Shown: positions 9,638 through 20,107 of the stretch, piece by piece
Position numbering within the stretch: position 1 is the first letter of the stretch
Layout: every line of letters starts with the position of its first letter
Source of the DNA: Myxococcota bacterium
Lineage (GTDB): Bacteria; Myxococcota_A; UBA9160; SZUA-336
Assembly (NCBI GenBank): GCA_965247115.1
Contig: CBDFGR010000002.1
Coordinates: 1,056,001 to 1,120,000, forward strand
Length of the DNA stretch: 64,000 bases
Reading direction: 5' to 3'
Notes under the pieces: generated by a model
What the model saw: the letters and a program-made list of their open reading frames with translations, nothing else
The model's database searches: none
What the model was told of the DNA's origin: nothing
Made by a program: the position numbers and the translations under genes

Positions 9638-12091
9638 TTACGAGCTGAGCGGCGCGGTCTCGACGCGGCCGCCACGACGTCGGGTCTTGGCCTTTGCCGA
9701 GAGCGGCTCGCTGAGCGCGATCTCGAGCACCTCTTCCATGGTGCGGACGAAGTTGAACTCCATGCGCCGCGCCAGCTCTGGTGGAATCTCCTCGAGATCG
9801 TTTCGGTTGGCGTGGGGGATGATCAGACGTCGGATGCCTCGGCGCAGGGCGGCCATCGCCTTCTCGCGCACGCCACCGACGGGAAGCACGCGTCCTCGCA
9901 GCGTGATTTCTCCGGTCATCGCCACGTCGGAGCGCACCGGGTTGTCTGTGAGCAGCGACAGGATGGCAGTAGCCATGGTCACTCCGGCGGAGGGACCATC
10001 CTTTGGCGTTGCCCCCGCCGGAACATGCACGTGGACCTCGTTTCGCTGCAGGGTCTCTGCGATGTCGAGCTCGGCGGCGCGCCAGCGCACGTACGAGAGC
10101 GCGGCCTGGCCCGACTCCTTCATCACATCTCCCAGCTGCCCGGTCAGAATGAGGCCGCGTCCGCGCACCATCGTGGCTTCGATCGCGAGCACCTCTCCAC
10201 CGGTCTCCGTCCACGCCAGACCGCGCGCCAGTCCCGGCTCGGCTCCTCTCGGAATGGCCTCGTTGATCACAGGAGCCGGTCCCAGGTGTGCCTGCAGGTT
10301 GCGCAGCGTGATCGAGACCCGATCGGCTTCACCCTCCGCGATGCGGCGCGCGACCTTGCGCAACATGCGGCTGATCTCGCGCTCCAGCGAGCGTACGCCT
10401 GCTTCCTGCGTATAGCCGGTGATCACCTCGCGAATTGCAGCGCGCGAGACCTTTACGTTCTCCGACTTGAGCCCGCACTCCTCGATCTGTCTCGGCACCA
10501 GGAAGCGCCGCGCGATCACCTCCTTCTCTTCCGGCGCATAGCCAGGAAGACGGATCACCTCCATGCGATCGAGCAGCGGGCGGGGAATCGGATCGACCAG
10601 GTTCGCGGTCGCGATGAACAGTGCGCGTGACAGGTCGTACGGTACGTTCAGGTAGTGATCCCGGAAGCTGGAGTTCTGCTCGGGATCCAGCACCTCGAGC
10701 ATCGCGGACGCAGGGTCCCCCCGGTAGTCGGCGCCGAGCTTGTCGATCTCGTCGAGCATGAACACGGGGTTGATCTTGCCGCCCTGCCGCATTCCCTGAA
10801 GGATGCGCCCCGGCATCGCTCCCACGTAGGTGCGACGGTGTCCCCGGATCTCTGCCTCGTCCCGCATCCCGCCGAGGGACATGCGCACGAAGCTGCGACC
10901 CATGGCCTGGGCGATCGAACGCCCGAGCGAGGTCTTGCCGACCCCAGGGGCGCCGACGAGACACAGGATGGGACCCTTGCCGCCGCCTCCCCCGCGCAGC
11001 TTGTGAACGGCCAGGAATTCGAGGATGCGCTCCTTGACCTTGTTCAGGTACGCGTGGTCGCGCTCAAGGACCTCTCGCGAGACCTTCAGGTCCAGGTTGT
11101 CCTCAGATGCTTCGCTCCACGGGAGCTCGACCATCCACTCCAGGTAGGTGCGCACGACCTGAGTCTCCGAGGAATCGGGATGCATGCGGGCCAGGCGCTC
11201 GAGCTGGCGCTGCGACTCAGCCTGCGCCTCTTCGTTCATCCCTGCTGCTTCGATGCGGGCGCGCAGCTCCTCGATCTCAGAGTTGCGGTCGTCTCCCTCG
11301 CCGAGCTCCTCCTGGATCTGGCGCATCTGCTCACGCAGGAGGATCTCGCGCTGCGTCCGGGTCATCTCCTCGCGCGCGGCCGACTGGAACTCGGCCTGCA
11401 TGGAGGATACGGCCAGCTCGCGGCGCAGAAGCGTCTCGACTCGCCGCAGCCTCCGCACCGGGTCGAGTATTTCGAGCGTCTCCTGCGCCTCATCGACACG
11501 CAGCCGTAGGTTCGCCGCAACGAGATCCGCCAGTCGGCCCGGGTCTTCCACGTTCGCTGTGATCGACAGCAGCTCCGGCGGCAGGTGTCGGAGCGGCAGA
11601 AGCTCGGAGATCTTCTCGCTTACGCTACGGATCAGCGCCTCGATCTCGACCGACCACTCCGGCGGCTCATCGGGACCCAACTCCTCGACCTCGACGTCGA
11701 TGTGGGGCTCGCAGCGCAGGAAGTTCTTGATCCGGACCTTCGATAGCCCCTGCACGAGCACCTTCAGCCGCTCGTCAGGAAGACGCATGAGGCGCATGAT
11801 CATCCCGACGGTACCAACGCTGTAGATGTCCTCCGGGCCGGGGTCTTCGACTTCCGGATCGCGCTGGGTGGCAAGCGCGAGCAATCGATCCCCCTCGAGA
11901 GCGGTCTCGATGGCGTGCACCGAAACGTCTCTGCCGACAAAGAGCGGCAGAATCATCGAGGGGAACACTACGGCGTCGCGAATCGGAAGCAGAGGGAGTG
12001 ACTCGGGAACCGTGAACGTATTGTCGGGGGAGTCTCTGTCCAAAGGCCGCTCCGCTGTCCTGGTCGACCGTGCGTGCCCTCCGAGCGGCAC
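9638..12091 (-). CDS. lon: ATP-dependent protease La (start uncertain)
   Basis: LPLLPIRD N-domain, GAPGVGKTS Walker A, RGHRRTYVGAMPG, PKDGPSAG catalytic Ser motif. Confidence 0.97.
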   Translation of the reverse strand: MPLGGHARSTRTAERPLDRDSPDNTFTVPESLPLLPIRDAVVFPSMILPLFVGRDVSVHAIETALEGDRLLALATQRDPEVEDPGPEDIYSVGTVGMIMRLMRLPDERLKVLVQGLSKVRIKNFLRCEPHIDVEVEELGPDEPPEWSVEIEALIRSVSEKISELLPLRHLPPELLSITANVEDPGRLADLVAANLRLRVDEAQETLEILDPVRRLRRVETLLRRELAVSSMQAEFQSAAREEMTRTQREILLREQMRQIQEELGEGDDRNSEIEELRARIEAAGMNEEAQAESQRQLERLARMHPDSSETQVVRTYLEWMVELPWSEASEDNLDLKVSREVLERDHAYLNKVKERILEFLAVHKLRGGGGGKGPILCLVGAPGVGKTSLGRSIAQAMGRSFVRMSLGGMRDEAEIRGHRRTYVGAMPGRILQGMRQGGKINPVFMLDEIDKLGADYRGDPASAMLEVLDPEQNSSFRDHYLNVPYDLSRALFIATANLVDPIPRPLLDRMEVIRLPGYAPEEKEVIARRFLVPRQIEECGLKSENVKVSRAAIREVITGYTQEAGVRSLEREISRMLRKVARRIAEGEADRVSITLRNLQAHLGPAPVINEAIPRGAEPGLARGLAWTETGGEVLAIEATMVRGRGLILTGQLGDVMKESGQAALSYVRWRAAELDIAETLQRNEVHVHVPAGATPKDGPSAGVTMATAILSLLTDNPVRSDVAMTGEITLRGRVLPVGGVREKAMAALRRGIRRLIIPHANRNDLEEIPPELARRMEFNFVRTMEEVLEIALSEPLSAKAKTRRRGGRVETAPLSS

Positions 12092-12141
12092 GGCCCTGTG
12101 ACCGCAAGAGAAAAATCGACCTGCGGAGCGGTGAACTTGAT

Positions 12142-14103
12142 TCAGGGCACCTCGTTTACGAGTCGGATGGCGCCTCTGTTCACCGTGAGCACGTTTGGCG
12201 ACTTGCGCGTTCCACCGCTCTCGTCGAACGAGGTCAGCCCAGTCAAGCCGGAGTAATCCTTCACCAGGAGTATGCGACGCCGCAGCTGCTCACGAGAGAT
12301 CGTTCCGTTGCTCTGGATCAGGCGCCGAAGCAGCATCGCCGCGTCGTATCCCTCCGCGGCGTACACATCGGGCTCCCGACCGTACGCGGCGTAGTAGCGC
12401 TGCACGAAGCGCTCCACTCCCGGCTGTGGGCTCCAGACGAAGAACGCATCGACGAAGATGGCGCGAACGGCCTCGCTTCCGCCACGCTCCACGAGCTCTG
12501 ACGAATTCCACTCGCTTCCGCCGAGATACGTCACGTCGCTAACGTCGTAGAAGCGCAGCTGTGGAAGGATCAGTCCGACCTTCTCGCCCACGTCCGGAAT
12601 GAAGAGTGCGTCGAAGTCCACGTACGGAGGCAGATCGGCAAGGCTCGGGTCTTCGAGCTGCGCTGCGTTCTCGACAGGATGCCGCAGCAGGCGATCTCGT
12701 AGCTTGAGCAGCTCCTTCTCTTCGTCCGTCAGGTAGTGGAGCCCGACGAGCTTCTTGATCTCTTCCTGCACGTCCACGGCGTCGGGGTCGTACCGCTCTA
12801 CGCCAACGATCCTCCCCCCGAGCGCCTCTACCTTTTCCCAGAACAGGTTCTTGAGCGCGAGCCCCTGGTCGTCGTCGGGGTAGAGGATGGCGAAGCTCCG
12901 GTACTCTCGGACCTCGACGGCATAGGACGCGAGCGTACTCACCTCGTCTTCAGGGGTCAGACCGAAGCGAAAGATGAAGTCTCCCAGCTCAGAGATGTCG
13001 TCACGTCTCGACAGCGTGAGCAAGGGCGTCCCGCCCGCCTCTGCAGACGGAGCGGCGGCTGCGGACACCGCCGAGCTGAGCGGGCCAATGATGGCGCTTA
13101 CGCCCTCTTCGACCAGCTCGCGCACGGCACGGGAGCCCGCATCGACCTGGCCCTCCGTGTCGCGTATGGCAATCCGGTAGGGGGTGCTCGGATCGTCAAA
13201 GAGATCGAGGGCCAGCACCACCCCTTGCAGCACGGCCTCGCCAAAAGGGGCAAACGGGCCGGACAGTGGCACCGCGACTCCGAGGGTCTCGACGACCGTC
13301 GCGGATCCTCGCCGGGTCCGGTCCAAGAGCTGCTGGCGTTCCGCCTCGTCAAGCCCACGCAGGCGCCGGGGCAAGCGCGCCAGCGCCAGCTCGGCAGCCT
13401 CGTAGTCCGAGCGGGCCAGCGCCCGGCTCGCGATCTCGAGGTTGACGCGGTCGTAGACGGGACCGCGTGGGAGTGTCGCCACGAGACTCTCGAGCGCCGC
13501 GTCCCTCAGCCTGTCCTCGATCAGCTCATCGAGCTCGAGGTCGATCTCGAGCAAGGCGTCGGGGCTGTCCGTGTCGCGACGGCTGAGCGCAAGGGCTCGT
13601 ACCGCGTCGGCGTAATCTCCGGACGCCCTGGCCAGGTCGGCCCGAAGCCTGTGGATGCGCGGGCGCAGGCGGTCATTTGCAAGACGCCACTCGGTGCGCT
13701 CCAGGACACGACGGCCATCCTCGGGCCGGCCGAGGTCGCGATAGACCTCGCCCGCGCGCAGGCCGGCCTCCGGGTTGAGCGGGCTGCGGCTCTCCTCCTC
13801 CACGAGGCGCCGCCACGTGGCGGCAGCCCCCTCACGCTCTCCCAACGCCAGCTGGACCTCTCCTAACAGGAAGAGGGCCTCGTCGATCCGGCCGCTCTCG
13901 ACCAGCTCACGCAAGAAGCGCTCGAGGACGCGCCGCGCCCCCTCGAGCTCACCGCTGGCAAGCTGCTCGCGCGCCAGCGCCAGATCCGCAGCGGCCGCCT
14001 CCTCGTATGGCACGGCGATGCCGTTCCGGATCACCGGCGGACGGGCGCAGGCGAGCAGCAGAACCGCTGCAACCGGCCAGATCCAGCGGATCGCGTCTCG
14101 CAT
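12142..14103 (-). CDS. Lipoprotein with TPR-like N-terminus and periplasmic-binding-type C-terminus (LpoA-like PBP activator)
   Basis: LLAC lipobox; LGVAVPLSGPFA, IIGPL, DFDALFIPD and YAAEGYDA motifs. Confidence 0.75.
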   Translation of the reverse strand: MRDAIRWIWPVAAVLLLACARPPVIRNGIAVPYEEAAAADLALAREQLASGELEGARRVLERFLRELVESGRIDEALFLLGEVQLALGEREGAAATWRRLVEEESRSPLNPEAGLRAGEVYRDLGRPEDGRRVLERTEWRLANDRLRPRIHRLRADLARASGDYADAVRALALSRRDTDSPDALLEIDLELDELIEDRLRDAALESLVATLPRGPVYDRVNLEIASRALARSDYEAAELALARLPRRLRGLDEAERQQLLDRTRRGSATVVETLGVAVPLSGPFAPFGEAVLQGVVLALDLFDDPSTPYRIAIRDTEGQVDAGSRAVRELVEEGVSAIIGPLSSAVSAAAAPSAEAGGTPLLTLSRRDDISELGDFIFRFGLTPEDEVSTLASYAVEVREYRSFAILYPDDDQGLALKNLFWEKVEALGGRIVGVERYDPDAVDVQEEIKKLVGLHYLTDEEKELLKLRDRLLRHPVENAAQLEDPSLADLPPYVDFDALFIPDVGEKVGLILPQLRFYDVSDVTYLGGSEWNSSELVERGGSEAVRAIFVDAFFVWSPQPGVERFVQRYYAAYGREPDVYAAEGYDAAMLLRRLIQSNGTISREQLRRRILLVKDYSGLTGLTSFDESGGTRKSPNVLTVNRGAIRLVNEVP

Positions 14104-15203
14104 CAGTCGAACAGGTCGCGCAACGCGTCGAGAAAACCGCGGCGACGTGGGCTGACGGTGTCGCCAGCCTCCTGCGCAAACTCCTCGAGGAGCTCCCGCT
14201 GGCGATCGGTCAGCTTGGTAGGAACCTCGACGAACAGCTCCACCAACAGATCTCCGCGCGGTCCGCCGCCAAGGCGCGGAAGGCCCTTGCCGCGCAGACG
14301 CAACAGCTGACCCGACTGCGATCCGGCAGCGATCTTGAGGGACTCCCTACCCTCCATGCTCGGGACCTCGATGTCGCAGCCCAGGCTCGCCTGGGAGATC
14401 GATAAGGGTAGCTCACAATAGAGGTCGGGCCCGTCGCGCTTGAACAGCGGGTGATCCTCTACGCGGACCACCACGAACAGGTCGCCCGGCGGCCCGCCTC
14501 CGTAGCCCGCCTCTCCCTCGCCGGATAGGCGCAGCCGGACTCCACTGTCGACACCGGGCGGGATGCGGACGCTCAGGCTCTGCACCGTCTCGACACGCCC
14601 CTGGCCCCGGCAGTCGCCACACGCGCGCTTCAAGCTCTGGCCCTGGCCACCGCAGCGGTCGCAGGTGCGACTGATCCGAAAGAAGCCCTGTTGCATGGCG
14701 ACCTGACCGTGGCCGCCGCAGCGAGGGCAGGTCTCGCGCTCGCCCCCCTGCCCCTCACAGGTCTCGCAGCTCCGATGCCTGGGCACCCGGATCGACTGGG
14801 TACCGCCGACCGCCGCCACCGAGAAGTCGAGCTCCAGGTCGTAGCGCAGATCGGCCCCACGGCGTCCGCCACGCCGTCCGCCCCTGCCGCGTCCAAAGAC
14901 ATCGCCGCCGAAGAACTCGCTGAACAGGTCGCCGAAGCTCGACAGGGGATCGGAGCCCTCGAAGGGATCCACCCCTGCGCCTCCGATGGCGCTATGTCCG
15001 AAGCGATCGTAGGACGCGCGCTTCTCGGGATCGGAGAGCACGGCGTACGCCTCTGACGCTTCCTTGAAGCGCTCTTCCGCGTCGGGGTCGTCGGGATTCT
15101 TGTCGGGATGGTACTGGTGCGCCAGCGTGCGATAGGCGCGCTTGAGCACGTCGGCGTCGGCGGAGCGATCGACGCCGAGAACCTCGTAGTAATCCCGTTT
15201 CAC
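14103..15203 (-). CDS. dnaJ: Chaperone DnaJ
   Basis: KRDYYEVLG, HPD motif, G/F-rich region, four CxxCxGxG repeats; GTG start at 15203. Confidence 0.96.
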   Translation of the reverse strand: MKRDYYEVLGVDRSADADVLKRAYRTLAHQYHPDKNPDDPDAEERFKEASEAYAVLSDPEKRASYDRFGHSAIGGAGVDPFEGSDPLSSFGDLFSEFFGGDVFGRGRGGRRGGRRGADLRYDLELDFSVAAVGGTQSIRVPRHRSCETCEGQGGERETCPRCGGHGQVAMQQGFFRISRTCDRCGGQGQSLKRACGDCRGQGRVETVQSLSVRIPPGVDSGVRLRLSGEGEAGYGGGPPGDLFVVVRVEDHPLFKRDGPDLYCELPLSISQASLGCDIEVPSMEGRESLKIAAGSQSGQLLRLRGKGLPRLGGGPRGDLLVELFVEVPTKLTDRQRELLEEFAQEAGDTVSPRRRGFLDALRDLFD

Positions 15204-15240
15204 GGTCGCGTAGGCTAGCAAACCCCCGCGCTGGCAGGCC

Positions 15241-17085
<1,845 letters not shown>

Positions 17086-17131
17086 CGTCTCCCTGCAGAC
17101 TGGCGGCCGGCGTTGCGTCGGAAGTTGGGGG

Positions 17132-17758
17132 CTAGTCCGAAGTCTCCTCAGGCCCACTCGACACCGCGACGAGTGCGGCGCGGATCAGACGGTCCTTGAG
17201 CAGATACCCCTTCTGGAAGACCTCGGCGACGACCCCCGACTCGTGCTCAGCGCTTGGCATTTGCCGGATTGCTTCGTGGATCTTGGGATCGAATCGCTCG
17301 CCCTCGGACTCGATCCCCTGTACGCCCAGCTTCTCCAGCGCCTGCATGAGGGATCGATACGTGAGCTCGATACCTTCCAAAAGACTCTTCGCGTCCCCGC
17401 CCTCCTCCTGTCGAGCATGGCCGACCGCTCGCTCCAGATTATCGACCACGGGCAGCAGCTGCTTGATCAGATTCTCGTGAGCGTAGTTGTGCAGGTCCTG
17501 GCGCTCTTTCAGCGCGCGACGCTTGAAGTTCTCGAACTCCGCTGCGATCCGAAGATACTTCTCGTTGAGCGCGCCAAGCTCGTCCTGGGCGTCGCCCTCG
17601 GAAGCCTCGGCGAGCTCGTCTTCTTCGGCATCGGGGTCGGGGACCGCGTCTTCGGCTGGCGCGGCTGTCTCATCCGCGACTTCGGGAGCGGGGGTCTGTT
17701 CCAGCTCCACGCGGAGCTCTTCGGGCAGACTGACCTTGGGCCCCTTGGAGTCCGACAC
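17132..17758 (-). CDS. grpE: Nucleotide exchange factor GrpE
   Basis: [28 protein letters not shown] and [14 protein letters not shown] motifs. Confidence 0.96.
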   Translation of the reverse strand: MSDSKGPKVSLPEELRVELEQTPAPEVADETAAPAEDAVPDPDAEEDELAEASEGDAQDELGALNEKYLRIAAEFENFKRRALKERQDLHNYAHENLIKQLLPVVDNLERAVGHARQEEGGDAKSLLEGIELTYRSLMQALEKLGVQGIESEGERFDPKIHEAIRQMPSAEHESGVVAEVFQKGYLLKDRLIRAALVAVSSGPEETSD

Positions 17759-17781
17759 TTCGCTACCTCAGAAGCCTGAAC

Positions 17782-18819
17782 TCAAACGAGCGCCTCGCCG
17801 ACTCGCTCGGACACGTGGCGAACCAACGGAATCACGCGATCGTAGCGCATGCGAACCGGGCCGATCACGCCGAGCCCCCCAATCGACGTCGAGCCACCGA
17901 GCCGCGCCGTCACCACTGCACAGTGTTGCACGTCCGGGTCTTCGAGCTCGCTTCCGATCACGACCTGCAGGCCTTCGCCGCGCACGATCTTGTTGAGCAG
18001 GCGCAGCATGCGCTCCTTCTCTTCCAGCGCGGAGAGGAGGCGGAGCAGCTGGCCGTCGGCGAAGTCCGCCCGGTGCAGGAGCACGCTCCTGTCTGCCACA
18101 TAGAACTCCTCGGCATCGTTGGCACCGAGGCCTTCTGAAGACAGGACCACGAGTGCTTTCGACAGGGCGTCACTGCGCCGGCGCTCGCGGCGGATCTCCT
18201 CGTGCAGCTTCCGGCGCGCCTCCCCCAGCGAACGTCCCGCGACTAGCTCGGATACACGTGTGGAGATCTTGTCGAGGGCGCGCTGATCAGACTCCGCCTC
18301 TTCGATCAGACGACTGCGGACCAGGCCACCGTCGGACACCAGCAGCGCCATGACCCTGTCGCTCGATACCCGAACGAAGTGAACGCGTTGGAGCCGTTGC
18401 TGCTCGGGCTCGAGCCCGACGAAAAAGCCCAGCTGGCCGGTGGTCTCGGACAGCAGATCCGCCGCGCGCCGCAGATAGTCGTCGACGGCCCCCTCCGGCT
18501 CCCCCAGCGTCAACTCGACCGGGCTCCTGGAGCCGAGCTCCGCCTGAGACTCCCCCAGAAGAAAGTCCACCCAGAGGCGGAAGGCGGCATCTGTCGGCGT
18601 GCGCCCTGCGGACGGATGCGGTTGCGCCAGCAGGCCCACCTCCATCAGCTCGTTCATGGTGGCGCGAATGGTCGCCGCGGAGACGTCGAGATGGGACAGG
18701 AGCAGCGCCGACCTGGACCCGACTGCCTGGCCCGTGGTGATGTACTCCCCGATCACGCACAGGAGGACCTCGCGTGTTCGGGCAGAAAGATCTCGCAGCG
18801 CTCGGACTCGGTCGCCCAC
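17782..18819 (-). CDS. hrcA: Heat-inducible transcription repressor HrcA
   Basis: YITTGQAVGS, SAATIR, QPHPSAGRTPT and GVIGPVRMRY motifs. Confidence 0.94.
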   Translation of the reverse strand: MGDRVRALRDLSARTREVLLCVIGEYITTGQAVGSRSALLLSHLDVSAATIRATMNELMEVGLLAQPHPSAGRTPTDAAFRLWVDFLLGESQAELGSRSPVELTLGEPEGAVDDYLRRAADLLSETTGQLGFFVGLEPEQQRLQRVHFVRVSSDRVMALLVSDGGLVRSRLIEEAESDQRALDKISTRVSELVAGRSLGEARRKLHEEIRRERRRSDALSKALVVLSSEGLGANDAEEFYVADRSVLLHRADFADGQLLRLLSALEEKERMLRLLNKIVRGEGLQVVIGSELEDPDVQHCAVVTARLGGSTSIGGLGVIGPVRMRYDRVIPLVRHVSERVGEALV

Positions 18820-18871
18820 TGGCGTCTCCTCGGTCGGCTGATTCGAAGCCTAGCTGTGCAGCCAGCGCGCT

Positions 18872-20047
18872 TCAACGCCCCACAAAGCGCTGAAAGACCT
18901 CGTCCGCAAAGCGGATCCCCCGTTCCGTCAGGCGCAGGGCGCCCTCCTGCTCCCGAATCAGCCCGAGCTGCCACAGCTCCCCCAGCTCGGCGCCAAAGCA
19001 GGTCTCGAGCGGAGCGGCGAAGCGCCGACGAAACTCCTCCGGACGAATCCCGTCGAGGCAGCGGAAGCCGAGACCCACGAAGTCGCGCCGCGCCTCCTCG
19101 AGCGAGACCTGCCAGGACTCCGCGACCGCCGATCGGCCCTCGGTCACAGCGGCCTGCCATTCTGCCAAGTCCAGGGTGTTCTGAAAGCGGCGACCGGCCA
19201 GCAGGCTGGCCGCGGACACACCCAGGCCGAGGACGTCCAGGCATGCCCAGTAACGCTGGTTGTGGCGCGAGCGATGACCCGGACGACAGAAGCTCGAGAT
19301 CTCGTAGTGCTCGAAGCCCGCCTCGGCAAGGCGCGCCCGCACTCCCAGGCTCATGCGCAGCTCGGCGTCCTCGTCCGGGAGCACAAGCTCTCCGCGCTGC
19401 AGGGCCCTCGCGAAAGGCGTGCCCGGCTCGATGGTCAGCGCGTAGGCCGAGACGTGCGGCACTCCGAGCCCGATCACGCGCTCGAGGTCCGCGAGAAACT
19501 CCGCTTCCCGCTGCTCCGGGGCGCCGAAGATGAGATCCACCGAGAGCGAATCGAAGCCAGCGGCCAGGCAGCTCTCGAGGCCGTGCAGGGCCTCGGCCGC
19601 CCGCTGCGCCCGACCCAGGCGCTTGAGGGTCGTATCGTGGAGAGACTGGACACCGACGGACACGCGGGTCACTCCGACAGCCCGGAACGCGTCGACGCGC
19701 GCGGTCTCCAGGTTCCCGGGGTTGAGCTCGATGGTGACCTCCGGTGCCGTCCCGCCGAAGCGCGTCTCCAGGGCACGGAGCAGGCGCTCGACCGAGGCGG
19801 GGTGCAGTAGTGCGGGCGTCCCGCCCCCCAGGTAGATGGTGGCGAGCGGGCGGCCCGCGAGCTGGGCGCCGTGCCCCTCCCACAGCCACTCGAGCTCGCG
19901 CAGGAGCAGGTCCACGTAGCGGGCTTCCCGTTCCGGCTCGAGTCGCCCCACTCCGAGTACCGCGAAGTCGCAGTACGGGCAGACACGCTCACAAAACGGC
20001 ACGTGCACGTAGACACCGAGGTCCAGCTTGCTTGTCGCTGCGCTCAC
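18872..20047 (-). CDS. hemW: Radical SAM heme chaperone HemW
   Basis: YVHVPFCERVCPYCDF, GGGTP, YEISSF and HNQRYW motifs; position upstream of hrcA; GTG start at 20047 inferred. Confidence 0.9.
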   Translation of the reverse strand: MSAATSKLDLGVYVHVPFCERVCPYCDFAVLGVGRLEPEREARYVDLLLRELEWLWEGHGAQLAGRPLATIYLGGGTPALLHPASVERLLRALETRFGGTAPEVTIELNPGNLETARVDAFRAVGVTRVSVGVQSLHDTTLKRLGRAQRAAEALHGLESCLAAGFDSLSVDLIFGAPEQREAEFLADLERVIGLGVPHVSAYALTIEPGTPFARALQRGELVLPDEDAELRMSLGVRARLAEAGFEHYEISSFCRPGHRSRHNQRYWACLDVLGLGVSAASLLAGRRFQNTLDLAEWQAAVTEGRSAVAESWQVSLEEARRDFVGLGFRCLDGIRPEEFRRRFAAPLETCFGAELGELWQLGLIREQEGALRLTERGIRFADEVFQRFVGR

Positions 20048-20107
20048 ACCACCTATCCTATGCCGACTTTGCGCGACATCTGCAGACGCCGAACCCGAAG
20101 GAAGATC

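Noticed and set aside
18820..18871. CIRCE operator upstream of hrcA
   Set aside because: No TTAGCACTC-N9-GAGTGCTAA-like inverted repeat seen here or upstream of hemW.
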